A stretch of 64,000 nucleotides of DNA, taken from the NCBI GenBank assembly GCA_041906785.1, contig JAYRIM010000028.1:35934-99933 (forward strand), written 5' to 3'. A model generated the notes under the pieces. That model did no database searches. It saw only the letters and a program-made list of their open reading frames with translations, and was not told the origin of the DNA. The translations under genes were made by a program, and so were the position numbers. The number at the start of each line of letters is the position of its first letter. The first letter of the stretch is position 1. The DNA comes from Candidatus Levyibacteriota bacterium. GTDB taxonomy: Bacteria; Patescibacteriota; Microgenomatia; Levybacterales; UBA12049. This document shows positions 1 through 9,124 of this stretch, in pieces.

Positions 1-14
1 AAGACTTGTGTTTG

Positions 15-43
15 TTGCTTGACATTCTGCAATATGGTATACT
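15..43 (+). promoter_or_regulatory. Putative sigma70 promoter of the RRM gene
   Basis: TTGCTT (15-20), 17 bp spacer, extended -10 TG-g-TATACT (35-43); AGGAGG Shine-Dalgarno just before ATG 158. Confidence 0.6.
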
Positions 44-157
44 GCGGCTAGTGTTGATAAGACTGTGTGTGTTAGTTTAGGTTCATCTTTTATTTATAAA
101 AGTTCCCCTAGTACGATAACCAGTGCTTTCCACAATTGAAAAAGAAAGGAGGTTATC

Positions 158-481
158 ATGAGTACTAAATTATTCGTAGGAAGTCTCGCATGGGCAACCA
201 CAGATGAAAGTCTCGGCAATTTTTTCGCACAAGCAGGTACTGTCGTTTCAGCTAAGGTTATTACAGATAGACAAACAGGAAGATCAAGAGGATTTGGATT
301 TGTAGAAATGGCTTCAGAAGAAGAAGCAAAGAAAGCGATGGAACTTGATGGGAAAGAACTCGATGGAAGACAAATCAAGGTCAATGAGGCAAAACCTCAA
401 GAAGATCGAGGTCCAAGAAATTTTGGCGGAGGCCAAAGATTCGATAATCGAAGAGACGATAGAAGACAAGATAATTATTAA
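158..481 (+). CDS. RRM-domain RNA-binding protein
   Basis: RNP2 KLFVGSL, RNP1 RGFGFVEM, Gly/Arg/Asp-rich tail, strong SD. Confidence 0.95.
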   Translation: MSTKLFVGSLAWATTDESLGNFFAQAGTVVSAKVITDRQTGRSRGFGFVEMASEEEAKKAMELDGKELDGRQIKVNEAKPQEDRGPRNFGGGQRFDNRRDDRRQDNY

Positions 482-500
482 TTTTGTTTTTTATTACTCT

Positions 501-541
501 AAAAAACACTTGTGAAGGGGAACTGGATCAGGTGTTTTTTT
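501..541. terminator. Probable bidirectional intrinsic terminator
   Basis: AAAAAACACTTG ... CAGGTGTTTTTT inverted repeat between two convergent genes. Confidence 0.6.
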
Positions 542-1241
542 ATGTGTACATTGTAATAAGCTTGTGTAAAGCTTTAGTATTCTCTACGAGATGATATTGA
601 TGTTTACCAATAGCTGGGAAATAACCAAAAATTATTTTCTTCGTATGTCTAAAGGTTGGTAATTGTTTATTACTGAGAAAGTCTATCGTTGCTTTTTCTA
701 TATACTCTAATATATCTGGGTGCTGAAAATACATCGAAGATGTTTTCGTAAATTCTTGAGTATTTTTAAAAAATAAACGAAGAAAATCATCCCATGGGAG
801 CCAATATCCTTCAGAAATCTTTTTACAATGAGAATAATTTGGCTCTTGTAAAGATTCAACTAGAAATAAAGATAGTATTTCTTTATTTACCACTGATGGA
901 TCATTTGCATACCGTTTAATAATTCGAAAATTAAAAGGCAACATTTTAGCGTTATATTCAGTGATATTCAATTCCTCTTTTAACCCTCTTTGTAATGTTC
1001 TATAAAGATTAACTTCATCTTCTTGAATCATTTGCGTAGCTAGGCTCTGATCCAGTTTATATTTATTAATATCTACATGTTTTGATCTTCTTTGAATAAA
1101 TATTGAAAAACCTTTTTTTGTTTTTTTTACAAGATGAGCTTGAACACCACGATGCCAATGGCCTATTGAATGGACTTTTTTTCGTTCTACAGTATCTTTA
1201 ACATCAAGCGTAATTGGATCGAAAACAGGAAATTTTTTCAT
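540..1241 (-). CDS. NUDIX-family hydrolase, IPP-isomerase-like N-terminus
   Basis: VH..GHWHRGVQ, IQRRS, divergent Nudix box RGLKEELNI. Confidence 0.75.
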   Translation of the reverse strand: MKKFPVFDPITLDVKDTVERKKVHSIGHWHRGVQAHLVKKTKKGFSIFIQRRSKHVDINKYKLDQSLATQMIQEDEVNLYRTLQRGLKEELNITEYNAKMLPFNFRIIKRYANDPSVVNKEILSLFLVESLQEPNYSHCKKISEGYWLPWDDFLRLFFKNTQEFTKTSSMYFQHPDILEYIEKATIDFLSNKQLPTFRHTKKIIFGYFPAIGKHQYHLVENTKALHKLITMYT

Positions 1242-2443
1242 AGTGCTATAGTAGAAACTATTGATGCAATTTTTCTTGCATAAGCTGCATTTTGTTCTCT
1301 CATCATCTGGGTAGGCTTATCCTGAGTCTTTGTAAATCCATAAAAATCCCCATCAGCATAGAGGTTCTTAGTTGGTCCTGTCGTTGTAATTATTCTTGGA
1401 AAGAAATCTGCCGTCATTCTACCTTCTGGATGTGTCGTAAACATAAACCCGCCTGCGAAGCCTCTTGTAATATGTACTTTTGCAGCATTAGTTATGTGCG
1501 CTGTACCATTTACTAAACGTGTAGAAGCGGGTTGTACATTATGTGCAAGGTATTTTAATAATCTTAATGATTCAGGGGAAAATTCTATATTATTATTCCC
1601 AACGAACTGTTCAAATCTATCGCCTCGTTCTTGAGTAGGTAAAGGAATATACTTGTCAGAATCTGGATCAATCTGACCGTCAGTAAAGATATTACGAACT
1701 GTTTCATAACTAGCTCTGCCGTCCTCATATAATTGTCTGAATGCCTTTGCATATGAGTCAGCATCAGCGATGGCTTGGGTTTGGTATTCAATGTATCCAC
1801 TGGGATGGATAGTAGGCATAGTCCATCCTAAGACTTGCCCTATCTCTGGTTTTTGTAGCAAGCTTGCAAGAATATCTGCTGCAATAGGCGTAAAAGGTTC
1901 TATGCTCGTCAGTCTGTCATACCATGTACTGTCTTTCCAGGGAGTTGTAACAACATTTCGCTGATCTAAAGGATTACCTAATCCTCTAATATGTGTATGA
2001 AATCGTTTGACTGAGTGATGACCTGGAGAGAAGTCTTCGGGATTATAACCAAAACCCCATTGTAATGTTCTTCCCTCTCTGGCAAATTGTTTTGCAATTT
2101 CACTATGTATAGTAAACAAGTCAGCTAATGCTACCGTGGAAAAATCTGTTATTTCATCAATTGGTATTCTAGAGCTTCCCACCCACATATTTACATCTTC
2201 AATAGACCAAGGTGTACTCTTCTGTGTGAAGGCAAACTCAGTTATTCCATCTCTACTCGAGATTAAAGAAAAAGGTTGCATTTTATCTTTAAATTCTTCC
2301 CACGGTAGGGTATTCGCTTCACAAGTTGTGACTGCAGGTTCACTATATTTTGGCATTTTCGCAACTCGAACTGCTTCCCTTCTAACATGGTTAACATTTC
2401 TCGCTAGTAAATATCCAGCAGGAATACTTCCCTTTTCGCTCAT
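1238..2443 (-). CDS. Hypothetical protein with HIT/GalT-like histidine motif
   Basis: Long ORF; GHHSVKRFHTHI resembles the HIT motif; start moved to ATG 2443 downstream of a promoter; ATGA-type overlap with the NUDIX gene. Confidence 0.55.
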   Translation of the reverse strand: MSEKGSIPAGYLLARNVNHVRREAVRVAKMPKYSEPAVTTCEANTLPWEEFKDKMQPFSLISSRDGITEFAFTQKSTPWSIEDVNMWVGSSRIPIDEITDFSTVALADLFTIHSEIAKQFAREGRTLQWGFGYNPEDFSPGHHSVKRFHTHIRGLGNPLDQRNVVTTPWKDSTWYDRLTSIEPFTPIAADILASLLQKPEIGQVLGWTMPTIHPSGYIEYQTQAIADADSYAKAFRQLYEDGRASYETVRNIFTDGQIDPDSDKYIPLPTQERGDRFEQFVGNNNIEFSPESLRLLKYLAHNVQPASTRLVNGTAHITNAAKVHITRGFAGGFMFTTHPEGRMTADFFPRIITTTGPTKNLYADGDFYGFTKTQDKPTQMMREQNAAYARKIASIVSTIAL

Positions 2444-2454
2444 AGTAAAAAATA

Positions 2455-2483
2455 AGTATAGCAAAGAAGAGCCAGGCAATCAA
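2455..2483 (-). promoter_or_regulatory. Putative promoter of the HIT-like/NUDIX pair
   Basis: Minus strand TTGATT, 17 bp, TATACT with extended TG, 11 nt before ATG 2443. Confidence 0.5.
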
Positions 2484-2510
2484 TACTATAAGATAAAAGA
2501 AGTCTGAAAA

Positions 2511-2858
2511 TTATAATTCCGTATATTTCTTATGCGAGTTTTTTGATTTTTCGATAGGATACTTTTTTTCGTTTTTAAGCATCTTCTTACTAAACGCTTT
2601 TGCAAGATCAATCTTCAGATCGTGGCTTAAAAGGAGTGTATAAAACAGAACATCTGCTAGTTCTTCTCCGATTGCTTCTCTATGTTGTTTAATATATTGT
2701 TCAATTTCATCGTTAGTTTTCCACTGGAAATGTTCCATGACTTCTGCAGCTTCTAAGACAAGAGATAGAGAAACGTCTTTAGGGTTATGAAATTGCTTCC
2801 AATTTCGTAAATTACGAAATTTAACTACTTTATCGGTTAGTTTTTTTAGTTCATTCAT
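2511..2858 (-). CDS. MazG-like nucleotide pyrophosphohydrolase (dCTP pyrophosphatase type)
   Basis: RNWKQFHNPKD, LEAAEVMEHFQW, EELADV, KNEKKYP motifs. Confidence 0.92.
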   Translation of the reverse strand: MNELKKLTDKVVKFRNLRNWKQFHNPKDVSLSLVLEAAEVMEHFQWKTNDEIEQYIKQHREAIGEELADVLFYTLLLSHDLKIDLAKAFSKKMLKNEKKYPIEKSKNSHKKYTEL

Positions 2859-2987
2859 ATATTATTTGGATTATAAGCTGAAGAGCAAGAGATAACAATA
2901 TCTTATCTGAAATATTATCTAAGATTATGTCTTTACTAGAAATTAGTATATCTATATAATCTCTCTAGCCTTAGAAGATAATTTTAT

Positions 2988-4148
2988 ATGCCGAATCCAG
3001 AATTTCAACTTGGTTTTTTTATTAATGGGCAACAAAAAGAACGACTTTATTTGTCCCGTCCCGAAATACGGGAAAACAGAGAATTAGGTATATGTGCAGT
3101 AAATAATCGCTGGGGTGATGAATTCTTAGCTTCTGATCTTGAAAGGAGAATAAAAGAGGCGACTGGCGTTGATGTTTTTCCTTCTGGATTTAAAACAATC
3201 TTTCGCAGTTCGCCTGATCTCACAGATGCAGAGGCTGAAGAACAGGAAATAAGAACAGTCGTTGAGTCTACGAAATTACTATTGAAAGTTAATGGTTGGG
3301 AACCAGAGAGTGTAGAAGCACTAAGTTTGGGTTGCGGGACACCTCCTGTAGAAGATTATGGAAGATTACTTGCTGATGAAGTTGGATTAGTTAATGCTGA
3401 TGTGCTGAATACCTATGCTGCATGTAATAGTTCTGGTCGCGCTCTACAGCGTGTTTTATCTGCAGATGGAGCATATAATGGTCGTCGCGTTTTAGTAGCT
3501 GGAGTGGAAGGAATGACTCGTATGGCTAGAAATTTAGATGATCGTGTGGCAGATCCTTCATCACTTGCAGTTTTTAGCAATGGAGCATCTGTAATGAGTT
3601 TAGTTCCAGGTCAAAGCTTACGGTATATTAATGGCTCATTTATGAGTGAAAGGGATACAAGAAACCTCTTAGGAGTTCCTACGTATTCCGTGGATCCTGC
3701 TGGTCCATTAATCCAGAAAGAAGGTAATACAGAAAAGATTGATTTGACCGTTCCGCAAAATGGCAGATTAATTGATATGAATGGAAAAGGAACTGCAATA
3801 ATGTTCGCAAAATTCGGTCGTGCATTAGGGACAGGAGTTATGACAGAATATGATAACTTGGTTGCAGGAGGTGTAATAGAACCAAGAGATATTAATACTG
3901 TTGTCGCTCATCATCCTAGTAAGCCTGTCGGGGATTTATTAAGGTCTACTTTAGAGAAGGCTGGGTTGTCTTTTACTAATTGGCCATGGGTTGTTACTGA
4001 AGGTAACTCGAGTGCTTCTACCTCACAATTTGCATTTACCAGAATGATGGAACGATTTACTCCTGGAGAAAGATTTCTTTATCTTAGTTTCGGCGCTGGA
4101 ATGTCAGGAACTGGGATGGTCTTAGAAGCAGGAAATGTACGCCAGTAA
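2988..4148 (+). CDS. 3-oxoacyl-ACP synthase III (FabH)-like condensing enzyme
   Basis: Catalytic triad motifs AAC, AHHPS, GNSSAS and C-terminal FGAG. Confidence 0.8.
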   Translation: MPNPEFQLGFFINGQQKERLYLSRPEIRENRELGICAVNNRWGDEFLASDLERRIKEATGVDVFPSGFKTIFRSSPDLTDAEAEEQEIRTVVESTKLLLKVNGWEPESVEALSLGCGTPPVEDYGRLLADEVGLVNADVLNTYAACNSSGRALQRVLSADGAYNGRRVLVAGVEGMTRMARNLDDRVADPSSLAVFSNGASVMSLVPGQSLRYINGSFMSERDTRNLLGVPTYSVDPAGPLIQKEGNTEKIDLTVPQNGRLIDMNGKGTAIMFAKFGRALGTGVMTEYDNLVAGGVIEPRDINTVVAHHPSKPVGDLLRSTLEKAGLSFTNWPWVVTEGNSSASTSQFAFTRMMERFTPGERFLYLSFGAGMSGTGMVLEAGNVRQ

Positions 4149-4166
4149 TAATTTCCTAATAGTTAA

Positions 4167-4523
4167 TTATTCTTGTTCTTTTCCTTTACGCATCCCTTCG
4201 ATGAATTCTTGTTCAGCTCTATATGCATACTCACTAAAATCTGCTTGTGCTTCATCTACCCTCTGCCATTTTTCATCTACTAAATCTGATACTTTCATCC
4301 ACCATTCTTGAATGTCCTCAGGAACAGGGTCTGAAGATCCTCTAATTGGATATCTGCTTTCTAAGACTTGCTGTATTAATGATGAAAAACCTGGTTCATC
4401 TGACTCATACATTGTAATAACATCTTTATCAGACATAGTTATATATTCATCAGGAATAACACCACGATTCGTGGTAAGACCGATTGCATCTCTTATAATA
4501 TTAGCTCTTGTATGGTCATCCAT
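4167..4523 (-). CDS. Hypothetical acidic protein
   Basis: 118-aa ORF directly preceded by a perfect consensus promoter. Confidence 0.7.
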   Translation of the reverse strand: MDDHTRANIIRDAIGLTTNRGVIPDEYITMSDKDVITMYESDEPGFSSLIQQVLESRYPIRGSSDPVPEDIQEWWMKVSDLVDEKWQRVDEAQADFSEYAYRAEQEFIEGMRKGKEQE

Positions 4524-4530
4524 GACAAAG

Positions 4531-4559
4531 ATTATAGGACTTTACGCCTTTTCTGTCAA
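4531..4559 (-). promoter_or_regulatory. Consensus sigma70 promoter, leaderless geometry
   Basis: Minus strand TTGACA (4559-4554), 17 bp, TATAAT (4536-4531), 7 nt to ATG 4523. Confidence 0.8.
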
Positions 4560-4607
4560 AATATATTGTTAATTGTTATAGAAAATGAGTATCCTCAAAT
4601 AAATAAT

Positions 4608-5309
4608 ATGATTAAAAATTTTTTTTGTTTCTATATTATTTTTCTTTCTTTTCAGCTTTCTGAATTGGCTTTTGCCGATACAAACGGGAAAATAGTTATC
4701 TCAGGTGCGAAGAAAAAGGATGACGCTATGGTGATAACTGCCACACTTAGTGGGAGCAGTTGTGGAGATACAGAAAGGAATATTGTAGAAGTGTTAGTTC
4801 ATGGAGCAGGTGCTGGATATCCATTTGCTGCAGATTTTTCAAATGCTGAGATAGTGGCATATAAAAATGGTCAGCAAATTTCAGGCCATAGACGTTATGT
4901 GACAAATCCACCCATGATTAATGACATAATGCTTCATGCAAATCCTTCTTTTACGTACGATCCGAAAAAAGATACAGTAACAGTACGAGTTACAGGAGCA
5001 AAAAGGGGGAATGTCGGAGGGATGGCTCTCGGCGTATATCTTATGGAACATGAACCGAATGATACCCCGGCGTATGATGGTTGTGCTTCTCTATACAGTT
5101 TCTACAATACTATTACTCCTCTTTCAGACAGTGGACTCATGGAAGGGTATATTCCAGGACAACAACCACACAAAGAAGACGTGAAAGGACTACAGAAAAA
5201 TGCAGTTTTTGAATACATTCCAGTAGTATTGCCACATAAAATTAAGTCTCCTTTTTTCTCTTCTCTGGCTCCTGTGGTTTTAAAAGATGTTCAAAAATTT
5301 CTACCCTGA
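4608..5309 (+). CDS. Hypothetical secreted protein
   Basis: From ATG 4608 a signal peptide (MIKNFFCFYIIFLSFQLSELAFA) precedes a beta-rich soluble domain. Confidence 0.65.
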   Translation: MIKNFFCFYIIFLSFQLSELAFADTNGKIVISGAKKKDDAMVITATLSGSSCGDTERNIVEVLVHGAGAGYPFAADFSNAEIVAYKNGQQISGHRRYVTNPPMINDIMLHANPSFTYDPKKDTVTVRVTGAKRGNVGGMALGVYLMEHEPNDTPAYDGCASLYSFYNTITPLSDSGLMEGYIPGQQPHKEDVKGLQKNAVFEYIPVVLPHKIKSPFFSSLAPVVLKDVQKFLP

Positions 5310-5338
5310 GGTTAATTTAGTGTGGTAGAATTTCATTT

Positions 5339-5947
5339 ATGAATATTCATGAAGCATTAGAGACTGTTTGGAATTATTTACGGATTGAAAATAAAACTTG
5401 TCCTGCTGATGTGATTTTTCTTTTTGGAGGTGCCACTTTATATCCAGTTTTTAAAGCAGCTGAATTATATAAAGCTGGAGTATGTAGAAATATAGTTTTT
5501 GTTTCGAACCGTGGAACATTTTCAAATCCTGAATGGAAAGATGTAGAAGCGAAAATGTATGCAAAAACATTCGTAGAACTTGGTATTCCAAAAAACAGCT
5601 TATTCTATACACCAGAATGTTCAAATACACTTGAAGAGGCGAGATTTGCAATTCCTTTTATGGAGAAAAACGGTTTACATCCTAAAAAGATTATTCTTAT
5701 TTCACGACCTACTCACCAAAGACGTGCGTTTGCCACATTTAAAAAGCAAAACCCAGATATAGTATGTATAAATGTACCAGCAGACGAACCATTCGTTGAA
5801 AGCCAAGATTTAATTGATAGAATGGTGGCAGAAATAAAGCGGCTACAATTATATGGGAAAAAAGGAGATATAGTTCCACAAGAAATTCTTCAAGATGTTA
5901 AAAGCGCATGGAAAATATTGAAAAATAATGTCAAGAGAATCTATTAA
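5339..5947 (+). CDS. YdcF / DUF218 family protein
   Basis: ADVIFLFG, AAELYKAG, SNTLEEA, HQRRA motifs. Confidence 0.85.
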   Translation: MNIHEALETVWNYLRIENKTCPADVIFLFGGATLYPVFKAAELYKAGVCRNIVFVSNRGTFSNPEWKDVEAKMYAKTFVELGIPKNSLFYTPECSNTLEEARFAIPFMEKNGLHPKKIILISRPTHQRRAFATFKKQNPDIVCINVPADEPFVESQDLIDRMVAEIKRLQLYGKKGDIVPQEILQDVKSAWKILKNNVKRIY

Positions 5948-5950
5948 AGT

Positions 5951-6898
5951 ATGAAAAAGTATCTATTTTTTATTATATTTATATCTTTGATTGTAATTTT
6001 TATATTTCTTAAACAGAAGGCAGTTATTTTACCAAATAGAAACAATAACGAAATGAAACAAATGTCCTACCCAATTGTAATTGCTGCAGCAGGGGATATT
6101 GCATGTAATGACGAAAGAAAAGAAGGAGAGTGCTATCAGGATAAAACTGCCAAATTAATAGTAGATAAAAATCCCGATATAGTCCTTGCTCTGGGAGATT
6201 TGCAATACGATTCAGGTTTATATAATGATTTCTTAACTTATTACGATAAAACCTGGGGGATCTTTAAAAACAAGACGAAACCTGTTCCAGGAAATCATGA
6301 TTATGGTACTCAGAAAGCTAAAGGATATTTCGACTATTTTAACGGCATGGGTTCTGATAGCGGTCAAGCAGGAGAACGGGATAAAGGATACTATAGTTTT
6401 ACAAAAGGAAATTGGAAATTGCTCGCATTAAATAGTAACTGTTGGGCTATGGGTGGATGCGACGATTCATCAGCCCAGTACGCATTCGTAAAAAAAGAAT
6501 TAGATAAAACGAAAGAAACTTGCACTATTGCCTATTGGCATCATCCAGTTTTCTCTTCTGGGCCGCATGGAAATGATGCAAACATGCGAGCTATCTGGAG
6601 ATTGCTTTATGAAAAAAATGTTGAAATAGTATTAAATGGTCACGATCATCTATATGAAAGGTTTGAGAAACAGAATCCTTCTGGAGATATTGAAAAAGAA
6701 AAAGGTATTCAGGAATTTATAGTTGGAACTGGAGGAAGAAACCTTTATGCTTTAAAAGCTAAACAACAAAATAGCGTTTTTAGTGATTCAGAACACTATG
6801 GAGTTCTTTTTTTATCTTTTCATGAACGTTCTTATGATTGGCAATTCATCACAATAGATAATACAGTGGTGGATTCAGGAACAGAAAAGTGTTTTTGA
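5951..6898 (+). CDS. Membrane-anchored calcineurin-like metallophosphoesterase (purple acid phosphatase-like)
   Basis: N-terminal TM; GDIA, GDLQY, GNHDY, HHP, GHDH motifs. Confidence 0.9.
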   Translation: MKKYLFFIIFISLIVIFIFLKQKAVILPNRNNNEMKQMSYPIVIAAAGDIACNDERKEGECYQDKTAKLIVDKNPDIVLALGDLQYDSGLYNDFLTYYDKTWGIFKNKTKPVPGNHDYGTQKAKGYFDYFNGMGSDSGQAGERDKGYYSFTKGNWKLLALNSNCWAMGGCDDSSAQYAFVKKELDKTKETCTIAYWHHPVFSSGPHGNDANMRAIWRLLYEKNVEIVLNGHDHLYERFEKQNPSGDIEKEKGIQEFIVGTGGRNLYALKAKQQNSVFSDSEHYGVLFLSFHERSYDWQFITIDNTVVDSGTEKCF

Positions 6899-6900
6899 TA

Positions 6901-7278
6901 TTATTTTTTAGGATACTTTTTATCGAGTGTAGCAATAATTTTTTCTCCTTCTTTTCCTTTAAGACTACGGAGTAATGCATCTATTTTTTCTTCTTTTCGA
7001 TCATCTCCTTCTTTCGATTGTGGAGAACCGAGATACCAAAGGTACGATAATCCTGCAACTTGCCAAATTAATTGAAGAAATTCTGATTGCCAATTTTCAA
7101 ATGTATCCCGAGTCGTTTCCATAATGTACTGATTTACTTCAATAGGTTGTTTATGTGTTTTTTGTTCGTCAGTATACGCATACCAAGCAGTTATCCAATG
7201 TCCAGCTAGCGAAAAAAGAAAAAGTATTAGGGTAACCCAAAGATATCCATAGTCTTTTAAAACGGATCTGTTATTCAT
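6901..7278 (-). CDS. Small membrane protein, DUF6766-like
   Basis: TFENWQSEFLQL and GSPQSK motifs; two hydrophobic segments; start chosen at ATG 7278. Confidence 0.75.
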   Translation of the reverse strand: MNNRSVLKDYGYLWVTLILFLFSLAGHWITAWYAYTDEQKTHKQPIEVNQYIMETTRDTFENWQSEFLQLIWQVAGLSYLWYLGSPQSKEGDDRKEEKIDALLRSLKGKEGEKIIATLDKKYPKK

Positions 7279-7352
7279 AAAGGTGAGATTAATGAATATA
7301 GGTAAGAGATACATGTAGAAGCGGTAAACGAAGGGTAATAAGAATAATCTTG

Positions 7353-7425
7353 TGACCCCACCGGAAGTCGAATCCGGGTTTGCAGGATGAGAACCTGCCG
7401 TCCTAGGCCACTAGACGATGGGGCC
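7353..7425 (-). tRNA. tRNA-Glu (anticodon CUC)
   Basis: Reverse complement GGCCCCATCGTCTAGTGGCCTAGGACGGCAGGTTCTCATCCTGCAAACCCGGATTCGACTTCCGGTGGGGTCA folds into a cloverleaf; CCA not encoded. Confidence 0.97.
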
Positions 7426-7474
7426 GTTTCAGTTATTCGTTATCTGTGTAGGGAACACAAATAACATTCAGCAT

Positions 7475-7503
7475 ATTTTACTGCATTCACTTCCATAAGA
7501 CAA
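7475..7503 (-). promoter_or_regulatory. Putative tRNA promoter
   Basis: Minus strand TTGTCT, 17 bp, TAAAAT about 50 nt upstream of the tRNA. Confidence 0.55.
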
Positions 7504-7577
7504 TCTTCCACAACTTCGTTCCAATACAAAAACATTTTGGTCACTTGAAGCTAAGTCAAAATTGTTTGTTGTAATCT

Positions 7578-8141
7578 TTAAAGAAATTCTAAGATAAGTG
7601 GAAATTGTCTATAATCTTCTGAAACTTCTAAGTTAAAGTGTCCCTGTCCTGCTTTTATTATTAACTCTCCCCCAAGTCTTTCATGCATGACTTTTGCGTG
7701 GCGTTCTCCACAGTCGTAAGGATCGTTGTCGGACGCAACAAAAACAAAACGACTGCAAGAAACTTTTATCTTCTCCCAATCACATGGTTCTTTTGTTAAG
7801 TCTTCTTTATATTGGAAGAATTCTGAAAACTTTCCTTTATCAATAGGCCCCGCTACAAGAATTGCTTTATCAATTTTAACTCCTTCTGGTAATTTTTCTA
7901 AAATTCTAAGTATTAATGTTGCACCTGCGGAGTGACCAATAATTACAGACTCGCTATTTAATTCCCAATCTTTATTATTTAATATTGTATCTAACCACTC
8001 TTTTTGAATAGGAACATCGGAATTTGGTAAATCTGGAGACCAGGTCTTGTAGCCTTTCTTTTCAAGTTCTGACTTTAACCAGGGAAACCAGTTTCCTTGT
8101 GAGTTATTACCAGCACCGTGTAAGATTAAAGCATTCTTCAC
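7578..8141 (-). CDS. RBBP9/YdeN family alpha/beta hydrolase
   Basis: ILHG, NWFPWL, GHSAG nucleophile, SDNDPY, GHF; GTG start. Confidence 0.92.
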   Translation of the reverse strand: MKNALILHGAGNNSQGNWFPWLKSELEKKGYKTWSPDLPNSDVPIQKEWLDTILNNKDWELNSESVIIGHSAGATLILRILEKLPEGVKIDKAILVAGPIDKGKFSEFFQYKEDLTKEPCDWEKIKVSCSRFVFVASDNDPYDCGERHAKVMHERLGGELIIKAGQGHFNLEVSEDYRQFPLILEFL

Positions 8142-8148
8142 TAAGTTG

Positions 8149-8177
8149 ATTCTAATATCTTATGGTAGTTAAGTCAA
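8149..8177 (-). promoter_or_regulatory. Sigma70 promoter, leaderless geometry
   Basis: Minus strand TTGACT, 17 bp, TAGAAT, 7 nt to GTG 8141. Confidence 0.7.
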
Positions 8178-8366
8178 AAATAATCTGTGCTTGAATTTAT
8201 AACTCGCTTCCATTGTTCAACAGTGCTTCGAAGATGGTTCTAATTCAAAAACATTTGGGTTACAATCTTTCGCCAAACTTGAAGATAGTAAGTTCAGCTT
8301 GCACATCACAAGAAATTACTTTTGTTTTTCTTAGCTATTTACTCATCTATAAAGTATAATTAAGCT

Positions 8367-8909
8367 ATGAAAATTATACTTTCAGCACATATGGACTTAG
8401 CACGTCCTGTTATGTCAATAAAAATGAATGATAAACACCTAAATGGTTTAGTTGATAATTTCACAGGAATTTTTGCTTCCTACCAAGCATCTAGGAAAAC
8501 AGGAGTTACTGTTCATTTTACAAATTTTGAGGAGCTTGATTATGACGGGGCGGATGCAGTAGCAAAAAGCTTAGATAAAGATACGCTTGTGTTTGTCGTT
8601 GATACGATACTAGAAAAAGATGTCAATGGAAAAGTTGCATCAATTACAAATGCATATGGAATTCAAAAATATTGGGATGAACTAAAAGTAAAATTCTCAG
8701 ACGAGGTTCATTTCATTGATGGCTTCTTTGAAGAGACAGAGGATGAGACATGGATTTATGGAAATAGATATAAACTAAAAACATTTTACTTAGGAATACC
8801 TATTCCAGGTCCATACTACCACAGTACTGAATTAACTGTTCAACTTACATCTATAGATAAAATTACAGAAATTATTGTTAAACTAATAAACTTCTTTGAT
8901 TCTAAATAG
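8367..8909 (+). CDS. Small zinc-peptidase-like protein (M28/M42 fold)
   Basis: SAHMD, DN, FTNFEE..YDGA, VVD, YHS metal-ligand motifs in canonical order. Confidence 0.65.
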   Translation: MKIILSAHMDLARPVMSIKMNDKHLNGLVDNFTGIFASYQASRKTGVTVHFTNFEELDYDGADAVAKSLDKDTLVFVVDTILEKDVNGKVASITNAYGIQKYWDELKVKFSDEVHFIDGFFEETEDETWIYGNRYKLKTFYLGIPIPGPYYHSTELTVQLTSIDKITEIIVKLINFFDSK

Positions 8910-9124
8910 TTCAGCTTTTGTTGATTCTACTTGTCTTTGGTGATCTGGAAAGGATAGGAGAAAAATTGTTGCAGCCGAAGAAAAACCTTGACCTCCGTTC
9001 CAATTCAGAAATATTTGGGTCATTTTTCGACAAGCTCACGGCTTTATATATATAAACATGCTGTATAATATACCTAATAAGTAAAAAGATTCTATTTCTT
9101 ATTAATTAGAAAATAAATAACACT

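Noticed and set aside
1-7425. Genomic island integrated at tRNA-Glu
   Set aside because: No integrase and no duplicated tRNA 3' end seen in the window
8885-9023. About 46-codon minus-strand ORF (MTQIFLNWNGGQG...) in the intergenic gap
   Set aside because: Short, overlaps the peptidase end, and has no motif or start signal
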